Source: an uncultured bacterium | GTDB lineage: Bacteria > CSSED10-310 > CAZUFC01 | DNA length: 64,000 bases | Direction: 5' to 3' | Assembly: GCA_964619725.1 (NCBI GenBank) | Contig: CAZUFC010000010.1 | Coordinates: forward strand, 6,277-70,276 | In this document: positions 17,931 to 27,743 of the stretch, in pieces | Layout of the letters: each line of letters starts with the position of its first letter | Numbering within the stretch: position 1 is the stretch's first letter | Program-made: the position numbers and the translations under genes | The notes under the pieces: generated by a model | Seen by the model: the letters and a program-made list of their open reading frames with translations, nothing else | What the model was told of the DNA's origin: nothing | Databases searched by the model: none

Positions 17931-19010
17931 TCAGATAGTATCAGTCCCCGTGGACATTCCGTCAAGCCGCAGCTTCAATTCATCAGGCGCATCGGAAAAT
18001 AATAACCCGGCTTTACGTGAGATGCAACCGCTGCGCACCAATCCTGTCAAAGACTGGTTGAATGCACGCATCCCCTCCTCATTCGGCTTCTTCATCTCAT
18101 CCAGTATATCCTGAAACTGACCTTCAATCAGCAGCTTCCTTACCACCGGCGTGCTTCGCAGTATCTCCACAGCGGGTATTCTCCCCGGTCCGTCGGAACG
18201 CGGTATCAACCGCTGTGAAACTATCCCGATCAGACACAAGGATAATTCCACCCTGACCTGGAACCTTAAATAATCCGGGTAATAATTGACGATCCTGTTC
18301 AGAGACTGCAGCACGTCCCTCGTATGCAGAGTGCTTATCACCAGATGACCCGTCTCCGCCGCCGATATCGCCGTCATTATCGTCTCACGGTCCCGCATCT
18401 CGCCGATTACTATTACGTCAGGACTCTGCCGGATGACATGTCTCAGCGCCTTTTCGAAAGATAATGTGTCATCACCCACCTGACGCTGATTGATGAATGA
18501 TTTATCGTCCCTGTACACATATTCTACCGGGTCCTCTATCGTTACAATGTGGTACGGCTTCCTTCGATTCAACGTCTCAATCATGGCCGCCACTGTCGTT
18601 GATTTGCCGCTGCCCGCAGGTCCCGTCACCAATATCAGTCCCCTCGGCATCTCTATCATCTCGTTTAATGTTTCCGGTAAATTCAAACCATCAAAAGTGA
18701 TATCCTTGTCATGAACCAGTCGAACGATTAAAGCAGGCTCGCCCAGTTGCCGTAAAAAATTTATCCTGAACCGCCCTATCCCTTCCACATATCGCGCAAT
18801 ATCCAGATCGGGATTCTCCTTCAACAACATCCTCTGACGATCATTCAACAACTCCAGATACAACTCCTCCATCTCCCCTGAAGTCACTGCATGCTCGCCG
18901 ATAATTTCAACTCGGCCGTCAATCCTGTACGCCGCCCTGAAATTTACCTTCAAAAATAAATCAGAAGCGTTCCGCTTCCGCATTTCCTCAAAATACTTCT
19001 TTAACCTCAT
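17931..19010 (-). CDS. PilT/PilU-family ATPase (PilU-like)
   Basis: GPAGSGKST, TIEDPVE, RQSPDVIVIGEMRD, TGHLVISTLHT; AIRNLIRE motif replaced by VVRKLLIE. Confidence 0.88.
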   Translation of the reverse strand: MRLKKYFEEMRKRNASDLFLKVNFRAAYRIDGRVEIIGEHAVTSGEMEELYLELLNDRQRMLLKENPDLDIARYVEGIGRFRINFLRQLGEPALIVRLVHDKDITFDGLNLPETLNEMIEMPRGLILVTGPAGSGKSTTVAAMIETLNRRKPYHIVTIEDPVEYVYRDDKSFINQRQVGDDTLSFEKALRHVIRQSPDVIVIGEMRDRETIMTAISAAETGHLVISTLHTRDVLQSLNRIVNYYPDYLRFQVRVELSLCLIGIVSQRLIPRSDGPGRIPAVEILRSTPVVRKLLIEGQFQDILDEMKKPNEEGMRAFNQSLTGLVRSGCISRKAGLLFSDAPDELKLRLDGMSTGTDTI

Positions 19011-19386
19011 GCCGGTCTCCTTCCCCCTTGATTTCCCCTTTCGCCTGAATGTTATCCCTATTCCGCCTTTATTTCAACAGCCCCGGATTTCCCTGTTTTC
19101 TCCTGCACGAAGCCGGTCATCTCCTCCTTACGCTCAACCATGCTCCCAATGCTTTCTGAACCTGCAGCCAATAACCTGCCGTTGCAGTAATCCTTTTTTC
19201 TGTTTGCCTTTCTGTTTGCCTTTGAGAAATCCGTTTAATATAATACTTTCGTAATGGGTTCCGTGCACATCGTTTAATCGGCGCCGGCCCTTGGGTGGTG
19301 TTCGTTTCGATTCGACCGAAATATATAAATTCTACTTGCGCTGAAAACTTTGACGATGGAGAAACCGGATGAAACGGAGTTAATAG

Positions 19387-22300
19387 ATGGAAAAATACCT
19401 GAAATATCGACCTCCCCTGCCTGCCGATCACTGGTTCATGCAGGAATATGACTCCTTTCAATATAAAGGCAAAGGGTCGATGGGCATAGTTTTCAGGTGT
19501 CGAGAAAAAGCGACGTCGAGAATCATAGCGGTTAAATTTCTCCATACGGCGGAGGAGGACCTGAGCGCGTCGATAAAAAGAAAATTCCAAAGGGAATTCA
19601 ATTACATAAAGAAAATTAATCATCCTCAGATCATAGAGGTTTACGATTTCATCGAAACGCCTCCATTCTTCACCATGGAGTATCTGGAAGGGTGCAATCT
19701 GAAGAGTTACCTGGCTGAACTCAAAAATAACGACGAGCCCTTAAAAATGATCAACAGTTCGTCCTCTCAAAAGAAAATCGCCAATATCGCTCGCAACACC
19801 TTAACCGCGCTGGGATTCATTCACTACCACCGGATCGTGCACCGCGACCTTAAGCCGGGCAATATATTCGTTCTGGATGAATTCGGTAATACGAAACTCC
19901 TGGATTTCGGCCTGGTCAAACCCCTGGACCTCAGCCTCACCAGCTCTCAATCCAATGAAATAGTCGGTACACCCATTTACATATCCCCCGAACAAATCAT
20001 CAATAAAAGAGTCGATTATCGTTCTGACCTTTATTCTTTCGGCGTCGTTCTTTTTGAGATGTTTACGGGAAAGTTTCCTTTTGAATCAGACAAACCGATC
20101 CATGTCCTGCAGGCTCATATTGAAGATGAACCGCCGTCTCCTGACTCGCTGAACCCGGAAATCCCCCCAATACTGAACAATATTATATTGAGATTATTGG
20201 AAAAGGACCCTGGAGAACGATTTCAAAGCTCAGAAGAGGTATTATCTGCGTTAAAGACCTGTTTACCGGCTTTCAACGGGAAATACGCTCCAGGACCGGC
20301 AATACCCTCGCCGTCTCGGGACATTACTCTCGAAAAATTTCCTCAGATTTTCCATCCCCGCTTCATCAGCGGCGATAATATAATCGATAAATTAACTCAT
20401 ATCGTTTCACAAAGAAGCCAAACCTCGAAAAAAGTCATTTTCATTCAGGGCGAATCAGGCATAGGAAAAACCCGCCTTATGAAAGAACTGTCTCATTCCT
20501 TCCTGTTTGAAAAACCTAAAACCCTTTTTGCAGAAGGCATTGAGGATAACACAGTTCCTCATTACCCCTTCAGCATGCTGATCGATTCAGTCCTGCCCCT
20601 TATTCGGAAACTTCCAGGGAACAGAAGGACAAAAATTTTTGATGAAGTAAACCCTGTCGTCATGAAACACTATTTTCCGAATTTTTCTTCAGCGATAATC
20701 CCGGTATCGGATGAAAAATACCTCCCCCTGAAACCCAGGGATGAACAACTCCGGTTATGCGATATGGTCTCAACCCTCCTGATCGAATTATCGAAATGCT
20801 CACCATTCCTCATCTGCCTGGATGACATACATTTATTCGACAGAAACAGTCTGGAACTGCTTGATTATTTCATGAAAAGAATTACGGACGAAGGACATGA
20901 GGATATTGTCATTCTCTGCAGTTACAGCAGAGAGAATCTGCACGACAACCAGCATTTAAGAAATCTGCTTCATACATACGAGGAAGCGGAGAAAACGGAA
21001 TTAATCGATCTGAAAAGGCTATCGAAGGCGGAAGTGGGGATGTTTCTTCGTTCTATTCTCGGTATGAGCTACCCGCCTTTAAAACTGGCCGAGGAAATAC
21101 ACAGGGAAAGCCAGGGTAACCCGTTGTTTATCGAAGAAATCGTTCAGACGATGATCGAAGAAGGAATACTTTATAAAATCGGAAGCAGTTGGCGGATTAA
21201 AGGACCTGGGCCGCGCAACGGAAAAAGCTTAACGGAAAAAATACCCTTCACCATTCAGCAGATCGTCCTTAATAGATTCAATAAATTGAATGCTTTGGAG
21301 AAAAAAATACTGAATGCGGGAGCTGCAGCCGGAAAGTATTTTCTCTTCGAAGCCCTTCAAAACTGCCTGGAGTTTTCCGAGACCGAAATATTAAGCGCCC
21401 TGGACAGCCTGATAAGAAAATATATCATTGAAGAGTCCACTTCGAACGAAGCCGGATACGCTTTCCAGTTCTATCACGAAAAATTCCGTGAAGTTGTTTA
21501 CTCACGTCTTTCCGCTTCAGAAAAACGGGAATATCACCGCAAGATAGCCGATTCTCTCAACGCACTAAATAAAAATAATAAATATGAAATTCCCGAAGAA
21601 ATACTGGCCGAGCACTACCTGAACGCCGAGCATGCTCGTTGTGCCGTTATGCATTCATTAAGAGCCGCAAAGGAGGCGGCCCTTCATAATGCGCCGGAAC
21701 GCGCGGTCTATTTCTATGATCAGATATTGTCATTGTTCGGCAAAGAATTGAGTTCCCAAAAGCGCACGCAAATATACCTGGATATGGCCATGCAGGAATG
21801 GTTGATGAATATGACCGAAAGCTCGGAATCTCACTTTCGGAAAGTCCTCTCCATTACGCGAAAACCTTCACATAAAATCAAGGCCCTGCTTGGCCTGGCG
21901 CGAATCCATCAGCAGCGCCTGGAAAAAAATCAGGCTCTCCGCCATCTTGTTCAAGCGCAAAATTCAGCAGAAAAACATCAAATGAATAAAAAAATTAAAG
22001 GAGAAATCATCTTTAACCTGGCTGAATTTCATTCTGAACACGGAGAACTGAAAAAATCCGTCGAACTCTGCAGACAAGGACTGTCCATGCTTCAAAAATC
22101 AAAACATCATAAACTGCTCAGCGGATTTCGCGTTCTTCTCGGATGCAACCTTGGCTCCCTGGGACAGTTGAATGAGGCGGAAAAACTTATCATGAAAGGT
22201 TTCCACACAGCCAAAAAGAAAAAATACATCTATGAGCTGCTGTGGATGTACAATGCCCTCTTTTTCATTCATTGGAATTTGAAAAGACATGATGAAGCGA

Positions 22301-23130
22301 CGAAAGCCCTGAGAGAAGGTCTGGCGCTTGCGGAGGAAAATCACTGCCTGTCGGCCGCGTTACAGATCAAATCCAATTTGGGCTTTCAGGAACTGAAATT
22401 AGGCGAATACAAGGAAGCGGAAGAACTTCTCACTTCCTGCATCGAGATATCGAAAAAATGCAATGAGGAAGAAATAATAATAAAATGCTATAATGATCTT
22501 GGATTGACTTATTCCTATCTCGGCAATTTCAAAGAGGCGGAAAATTTCTTAAAAATTGGTCTAAAAAAAGCCCGGCAAGTGTCAAACGATAAATTAATTT
22601 TTCTTTTCTACGACAATCTCGGCAGTTTAGCCCTTAAAAATCGAAACCTGGAGCAGGCGGAAAAGTATTTGAATTCCGCAAAAGAGACGGCGGATCAGGT
22701 GGGCGACGAATCATACCTGGCCTTCGCCGATGTTCATATGGCCGCTGTTCATACGGAATATGGCCGTTACCGAAAAGCTGAAGAACTCATCGACAAGGCT
22801 CAGGAAATATTTTCCATCGTATCGAACCCGGAAGGATTAATGGAGTCTTATTTTTATCAGGCGGAATTGCTGAAAAAGCAGAATGAATTGAAGGCGGCGG
22901 AAGCAACCTATCTGAAATTACAAGGATTATCCCAGGAGCTCAGATCAAAATACAGAATGGGACTTGCCTGGAGAGGGTTGGCCGAGATACAACATTTGAA
23001 GGAAAAGCCGGATGCAGCTTACGACAATGTGAATAGAGCGATCAAGATATTCAAAAAACTGGCCGCATCCAGGGAATTAATCTTGTCGTATAAATTGGCG
23101 GCTGATATTCTTGAAGCACAAGCCGTATAG
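19387..23130 (+). CDS. Hanks-type Ser/Thr kinase - AAA/STAND-like NTPase - TPR protein
   Basis: Kinase motifs GKGSMGIVF, IAVK, HRDLKPGN, DFGL, YISPEQ, SDLYSFG; Walker A GESGIGKT, Walker B CLDDIH, GNPLF, FYHEKFRE; C-terminal TPR-like repeats. Confidence 0.92.
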   Translation: MEKYLKYRPPLPADHWFMQEYDSFQYKGKGSMGIVFRCREKATSRIIAVKFLHTAEEDLSASIKRKFQREFNYIKKINHPQIIEVYDFIETPPFFTMEYLEGCNLKSYLAELKNNDEPLKMINSSSSQKKIANIARNTLTALGFIHYHRIVHRDLKPGNIFVLDEFGNTKLLDFGLVKPLDLSLTSSQSNEIVGTPIYISPEQIINKRVDYRSDLYSFGVVLFEMFTGKFPFESDKPIHVLQAHIEDEPPSPDSLNPEIPPILNNIILRLLEKDPGERFQSSEEVLSALKTCLPAFNGKYAPGPAIPSPSRDITLEKFPQIFHPRFISGDNIIDKLTHIVSQRSQTSKKVIFIQGESGIGKTRLMKELSHSFLFEKPKTLFAEGIEDNTVPHYPFSMLIDSVLPLIRKLPGNRRTKIFDEVNPVVMKHYFPNFSSAIIPVSDEKYLPLKPRDEQLRLCDMVSTLLIELSKCSPFLICLDDIHLFDRNSLELLDYFMKRITDEGHEDIVILCSYSRENLHDNQHLRNLLHTYEEAEKTELIDLKRLSKAEVGMFLRSILGMSYPPLKLAEEIHRESQGNPLFIEEIVQTMIEEGILYKIGSSWRIKGPGPRNGKSLTEKIPFTIQQIVLNRFNKLNALEKKILNAGAAAGKYFLFEALQNCLEFSETEILSALDSLIRKYIIEESTSNEAGYAFQFYHEKFREVVYSRLSASEKREYHRKIADSLNALNKNNKYEIPEEILAEHYLNAEHARCAVMHSLRAAKEAALHNAPERAVYFYDQILSLFGKELSSQKRTQIYLDMAMQEWLMNMTESSESHFRKVLSITRKPSHKIKALLGLARIHQQRLEKNQALRHLVQAQNSAEKHQMNKKIKGEIIFNLAEFHSEHGELKKSVELCRQGLSMLQKSKHHKLLSGFRVLLGCNLGSLGQLNEAEKLIMKGFHTAKKKKYIYELLWMYNALFFIHWNLKRHDEATKALREGLALAEENHCLSAALQIKSNLGFQELKLGEYKEAEELLTSCIEISKKCNEEEIIIKCYNDLGLTYSYLGNFKEAENFLKIGLKKARQVSNDKLIFLFYDNLGSLALKNRNLEQAEKYLNSAKETADQVGDESYLAFADVHMAAVHTEYGRYRKAEELIDKAQEIFSIVSNPEGLMESYFYQAELLKKQNELKAAEATYLKLQGLSQELRSKYRMGLAWRGLAEIQHLKEKPDAAYDNVNRAIKIFKKLAASRELILSYKLAADILEAQAV

Positions 23131-23154
23131 TATTCGGTGAAAGGAGGTTTTATC

Positions 23155-23565
23155 ATGTCAGACGTTGTAATTCATGAATTCGACGAACTGAAAATAGGTA
23201 AGGAGCTCTTCGTAAGCTTGAATAAAACGAAGGAACAATTTATTAAACTGATCGTTGAAGACATCGTTTTAGACGAAAAGAATCTTAATCCCAGCAATCT
23301 CCGATTAATATCGAGAATTGAACTCGATAGTCAGCTCAACGCCTGTGACGTCATATGTTTCGCCTACCTCGGCAGCAACGGGTTAAACCTGAATTCCATA
23401 GGCGACCGAATTCAATCCGTTCCCGTAATGGCTTCCAATCGCTCGCGCTTTCGAAATCTCGGCGTTAAAATAACCGTAAAAGCCGAAAAACCCAAAGGAA
23501 CCACCTACATAATCGTTAGAATCCGCATATTGCCGGAACAGGCAACGACAGCAGAGGATGAATAA
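23155..23565 (+). CDS. Hypothetical protein, paralogue 1 (CDVxC / GTTYIxVRIRxLP family)
   Basis: Strong RBS AAGGAGG before ATG 23155; full-length similarity to 23697-24077. Confidence 0.8.
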   Translation: MSDVVIHEFDELKIGKELFVSLNKTKEQFIKLIVEDIVLDEKNLNPSNLRLISRIELDSQLNACDVICFAYLGSNGLNLNSIGDRIQSVPVMASNRSRFRNLGVKITVKAEKPKGTTYIIVRIRILPEQATTAEDE

Positions 23566-23696
23566 CGCATCAGAAAAACATTTTCTACTCAGACCAATGC
23601 GAAAGGTCCCGTATAAATAAAGAATTACGGCGTTCTGATTTGATCTTCTTTTTTTCTCTTTGGTTATTTCAATCCTTCAACTCCTGAAAGGAGGCA

Positions 23697-24077
23697 ATGG
23701 AAATGCCGCAAGTCGTTGAGAAAGAATATTATAATTTAAGCGAGGGTAAAGAACTGAGATTAGATTTCAGTGAATCGGGCAAATCGCTCATATTGATCAT
23801 CGAAAAATTGAATATCGCTAAATGCAATCTGACGATCGAACCTCTCAAATTGAAAGTCAAAGCCCAGGAATCTTCCAAACAGGATACATGTGACGTACGC
23901 TGCTCAGCTCATTGGGAAGACGCCGGACAGATAATCAACAGCGATGAAGAACGCATAAGTGAAGTCAAAACCGACGCCCAGCATCCGAATTTTTACGAAA
24001 AAGTCGGGGTGGACATCGATTGCAAAATCGAGGCAGGCACAACCTACATACTGGTCAGGATAAGAGTCTTGCCCTGA
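23697..24077 (+). CDS. Hypothetical protein, paralogue 2
   Basis: RBS AAAGGAGG; aligns end to end with 23155-23565. Confidence 0.8.
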   Translation: MEMPQVVEKEYYNLSEGKELRLDFSESGKSLILIIEKLNIAKCNLTIEPLKLKVKAQESSKQDTCDVRCSAHWEDAGQIINSDEERISEVKTDAQHPNFYEKVGVDIDCKIEAGTTYILVRIRVLP

Positions 24078-24168
24078 AACAGGATAATAAAGCAGTCTAA
24101 GCACATCAAGAATAAAAAAGGGCAGCGCCCGGCCTTATTCCTTCCGCTTTCCAACTGTATTTTTATCC

Positions 24169-24318
24169 AGAACTGATCATACCGGGGTGACAATTCTTTC
24201 AAACTTTTTGACAGTTTGTTTCTGTAATCGGGGTCGGTATCGGGATCGAAATCCAAATCGAAATGATGGGATATTCCGCAGAATTGTAACCTCAAAAGAT
24301 GCATTTTTGATCAATGCC
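24169..24318 (-). mobile_element. Family A2 MITE (reverse orientation), 7/8 target-site duplication
   Basis: TTTTATCC | AGAACTGATCA...TTTTGATCAATGCC | CTTTATCC; reverse complement matches 12605-12757. Confidence 0.82.
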
Positions 24319-25222
24319 CTTTATCCGAATCCTTATTCCATTTCTTATTCGCTGTCGGCGAATCTTTTTTCTTTGGTTCTATCTTTATCAGCAGAATTTC
24401 CGGAGGACTCAGAAACCGCATTCTTACGAAGAATCCTTCGCCTATTCCATTTGAGACCAGGGCAGGCATTCCTTTCCATCTGTAATAACCGTTGATCATT
24501 TTCCGCGGCAATGAGGACCGGGAGGCGATGCCGCCGTAGAATGGCAGGCGTATTTGTCCGCCATGAGTATGTCCGGCCAGAAAAAGGTCCACTCTTGTCT
24601 CCGGTAATTCTTTAATGATTTCCGGCGAATGGGTCAGCATGATCCGGTATCCTTTGTCCGGAATTCCCTGCAGCGCTTTTTTCAGATCAGCATTTCTCGT
24701 GTAATAATCGCCTACTCCTGTAACGACTATTTGATCACGTTCGGTTTCAACCGTCTGATTTTCATTCTCCAGCATTTTAACGCCGAATTCCTTCAGCAGC
24801 TTTTCCAGGGCCGATGTGTCTTTTTTCTTTCCCTCGTACACGTTGGGCGCGAACAGATGATAAAATGTATATTCATAGTGCTCGTGGTTTCCGCGCACCG
24901 AAAACATGCCGTAGCGGGGCGCAAGATTCTTCAGTAGTTCCCGGACCCATTCCAGTCCGTCCTGCCTTTCCAGAAAATCTCCTGAAAACATCACGAAATC
25001 ATACGGAGGCAATTTCTCTAACGCTTGCTTAAGCTTTTTTACTTTTCTTCCGCTTCCTTTTCTGAAATGAAAATCAGAGAGGTGAAGAACAGTTATATCG
25101 TCATGAAGATATTCCGATTCAAAGCTTCGAAACACGGTTTTTATCCTGAAAGGTTCTATCATCACGCCGTAAATCAAAACCAGCGCCAGTATCATTAATG
25201 TTGCTGCGGCAAAAATTATCAA
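24311..25222 (-). CDS. Membrane-anchored calcineurin-like metallophosphoesterase (YkuE/YaeI type)
   Basis: HLSDFH, SGDF, RGNHE, LTHSP, AGHTHGGQ; TTG start with AGGAG. Confidence 0.9.
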   Translation of the reverse strand: MIIFAAATLMILALVLIYGVMIEPFRIKTVFRSFESEYLHDDITVLHLSDFHFRKGSGRKVKKLKQALEKLPPYDFVMFSGDFLERQDGLEWVRELLKNLAPRYGMFSVRGNHEHYEYTFYHLFAPNVYEGKKKDTSALEKLLKEFGVKMLENENQTVETERDQIVVTGVGDYYTRNADLKKALQGIPDKGYRIMLTHSPEIIKELPETRVDLFLAGHTHGGQIRLPFYGGIASRSSLPRKMINGYYRWKGMPALVSNGIGEGFFVRMRFLSPPEILLIKIEPKKKDSPTANKKWNKDSDKGH

Positions 25223-25314
25223 GAAGCTCTCTCCTGGAACAATTCAAAGAAAAAAATAATTCCGGCGTCCGCCGTCGCTGAAAATTTAAAATAAAAAATG
25301 AGTTTTATCAATCG

Positions 25315-25343
25315 TTGACTGGAAGCGCCTAACTCCCTATACT
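25315..25343 (+). promoter_or_regulatory. sigma70 promoter of lysS
   Basis: TTGACT-N17-TATACT. Confidence 0.65.
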
Positions 25344-25405
25344 CTTTCAGAACGCAGTCGTTCGTTCAAAGGCATCATCTTAATATTTTTCTTCAGGGGT
25401 ATTTT

Positions 25406-26884
25406 ATGAGCGAAGTTAACGATCAGAGAGAAACAAGAATAAGAAAACTTTCGGAGTGGCGAAACGAATTCGGCGATGCTTATCCTTCCCGGTTCGATCG
25501 AACGGGAGCCAACAGCGAAATTATTGAAAAATATAAATCATTAGAAGCCGGCGAGGAACTCAGGGATGAGGTCCAGCAGGCGGCAGGCAGAATCATGGCA
25601 TACCGGAAAAGCGGGAAATTAGCGTTTGTAGATATTTATGACCGGACAGGAAAAATCCAGATACTGGCCGCTTATGACAGGGTGGGCGAAGAAAATTTCA
25701 AGAAACTGGATTATCTTGATATCGGTGACTTTATCGGAGTCAAAGGGAATCCGATCAGGACCAGGCGCGGGGAAATGAGTCTGGCGGCATCCGACATAAC
25801 GTTACTGTCGAAATCTCTTCGTCCTCTGCCTGAAAAATGGCATGGATTGAGAGATACGGAAACGCGTTACAGGCGCCGTTATCTTGATATGATAATGAAT
25901 TCAGAAGTGAGGGTCTTGCTTCGCAAAAAATCGGATTTCGTAAAAGCCGTCCGCCGCTTCATGGAAAAAAATGATTTTACGGAAATAGATACGCCCACTC
26001 TCGAACTGCTGCCCGGAGGCGCTGATGCAAAGCCGTTCATCACTCATCATCATGCCCTGGACCTGGAGCTTTACCTTAGAATCTCGCTGGAACTGCCTTT
26101 GAAACGTTTAATCGTCGGCGGTTTCGAAAAAGTATATGAAATGGGCATGGTATGGAGAAATGAAGGGATGAGCGCCGAACATCTTCAGGAGTTCATGCTT
26201 ATGGAATTTTACTGGGCGTACGTAGATTACGAACAACTGATGGATTTCGTCGAAAATATGTACGTCGAACTGATCTCTGCAGTTTTCGGAACGCTGAAAA
26301 TAGAGTTTCAGGATCACGTTATCGATTTCACGCCCCCCTGGCCTAAAATTAAATACCGTGAACTTATTTTGGAAAAAACCGGCATTGATCTGGACGAGTA
26401 TCCTGATGCCGATGCGCTTGCAGCCGAACTTCCAAATTTCGGCATACAACCTGACGAACGCCTGGGACGCGGAAGATTAATCGACCAGCTTTATAAAAAA
26501 CAGGTCAGACCTCACCTCATACAACCCTTATTTCTTATCGATCATCCCCTGGACTTATCTCCCCTGGCCAAAAAAATACCCTCGAAGCCTGATTACGTTC
26601 AACGTTTTCAGGTCCTCTTCGCAGGCTCGGAAGTTGGCAACGGTTTCAGCGAACTGAACGATCCGCTGGACCAGGCTGATAGATTTAAACTCCAGGCGGA
26701 ACTTCGTGAGAAAGGCGACGAGGAAGCCCAGATGTTCGACAGGGATTTCGTCGAAGCGCTCGAATTCGGCATGCCTCCTACAGGCGGATTCGGCGTCGGC
26801 ATCGACAGGTTCTTCTATATCTTATCCAACGCCTCTTCCATCAGGGAAATAGTAACTTTTCCCTTAATGAAGCCTGAAGCATAA
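25406..26884 (+). CDS. lysS: Lysine-tRNA ligase (class II)
   Basis: AGRIM..GKLAF, SLRPLPEKWHGL, RYRRRYLD, YLRISLEL, RNEG, ELNDP, GMPPTGGFGVGIDR. Confidence 0.97.
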   Translation: MSEVNDQRETRIRKLSEWRNEFGDAYPSRFDRTGANSEIIEKYKSLEAGEELRDEVQQAAGRIMAYRKSGKLAFVDIYDRTGKIQILAAYDRVGEENFKKLDYLDIGDFIGVKGNPIRTRRGEMSLAASDITLLSKSLRPLPEKWHGLRDTETRYRRRYLDMIMNSEVRVLLRKKSDFVKAVRRFMEKNDFTEIDTPTLELLPGGADAKPFITHHHALDLELYLRISLELPLKRLIVGGFEKVYEMGMVWRNEGMSAEHLQEFMLMEFYWAYVDYEQLMDFVENMYVELISAVFGTLKIEFQDHVIDFTPPWPKIKYRELILEKTGIDLDEYPDADALAAELPNFGIQPDERLGRGRLIDQLYKKQVRPHLIQPLFLIDHPLDLSPLAKKIPSKPDYVQRFQVLFAGSEVGNGFSELNDPLDQADRFKLQAELREKGDEEAQMFDRDFVEALEFGMPPTGGFGVGIDRFFYILSNASSIREIVTFPLMKPEA

Positions 26885-26941
26885 TGGACCTTCTGTCATT
26901 AAAAAGCATAATGATTGATTCTCGCGAAAGGAAAACTCAGC

Positions 26942-27730
26942 ATGCCCCGACCTTTCCTCTCTGTCGTAATTCCTTGTTATAACGAACAAAAAAATATCGA
27001 ACTCGGCGTTTTAGCGGAGGTAAACTCCTACTTGACTCAGCAATCCTACGAATTTGAAGTCATAATATCAGACGACGGGAGTTCCGATTCCAGCCGGGAA
27101 TTAATCGAGGCTTTCATAGCAGATAAGCCGTTTTTCAGTTTAATGAAAAATCAGCATGCCGGAAAAGCCTCTGCAGTAAAATCAGGCGTTTTAGAATCCG
27201 AAGGCCGATTCGTTTTAGTGACTGATTTCGATCAGTCCACTCCGTTGAGCGAATGTGAAAAACTCCTTCCATGCCTCCAGGAAGGCTATGATATCGCCAT
27301 AGGATCAAGAGGAACAGAACGCGCCGACGCCCCATGGTACCGCTTGATGATGGCCCGCGGCTTTCTGCTGATTCGCCGGTCTCTCCTGCTACGCGATATC
27401 CTGGACACTCAATGCGGTTTCAAGTGCTTTACTTCTGATGCCGCTCATGATCTTTTTAAGCTCCTCGACTTTAACACCAGGAACGTCACAGGCTGGCGAG
27501 TTACTGCTTTCGATGTTGAAACGCTTTTCGTCGCCCGGTTGCGCGGTTACAAAATTAAAGAAGTGCAAGTTCAATGGCAGCATAAAACTACCGAAGGCAA
27601 ACAAACCAACTTTGCCAAAGAAGCCTGGAACATGCTTCACGAAGTTACTAAAGTAAGAAAAAAATATTTCGCCGGCGTCTATGAGCGACTCATGCACGAA
27701 AAAAATTCCTCCCACTCAGCGCATTCCTGA
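26942..27730 (+). CDS. GT2 glycosyltransferase (dolichyl-phosphate glucosyltransferase-like)
   Basis: SVVIPCYNE, DDGSSD, GKASAV, DFD, IGSR, DTQCGFKCF, FDVE. Confidence 0.88.
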   Translation: MPRPFLSVVIPCYNEQKNIELGVLAEVNSYLTQQSYEFEVIISDDGSSDSSRELIEAFIADKPFFSLMKNQHAGKASAVKSGVLESEGRFVLVTDFDQSTPLSECEKLLPCLQEGYDIAIGSRGTERADAPWYRLMMARGFLLIRRSLLLRDILDTQCGFKCFTSDAAHDLFKLLDFNTRNVTGWRVTAFDVETLFVARLRGYKIKEVQVQWQHKTTEGKQTNFAKEAWNMLHEVTKVRKKYFAGVYERLMHEKNSSHSAHS

Positions 27731-27743
27731 GTTCTCCTGATAA

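Noticed and set aside
19117-19623. 168-aa minus-strand ORF upstream of the pilU-like gene
   Set aside because: Overlaps the kinase N-terminus on the opposite strand; no motif.
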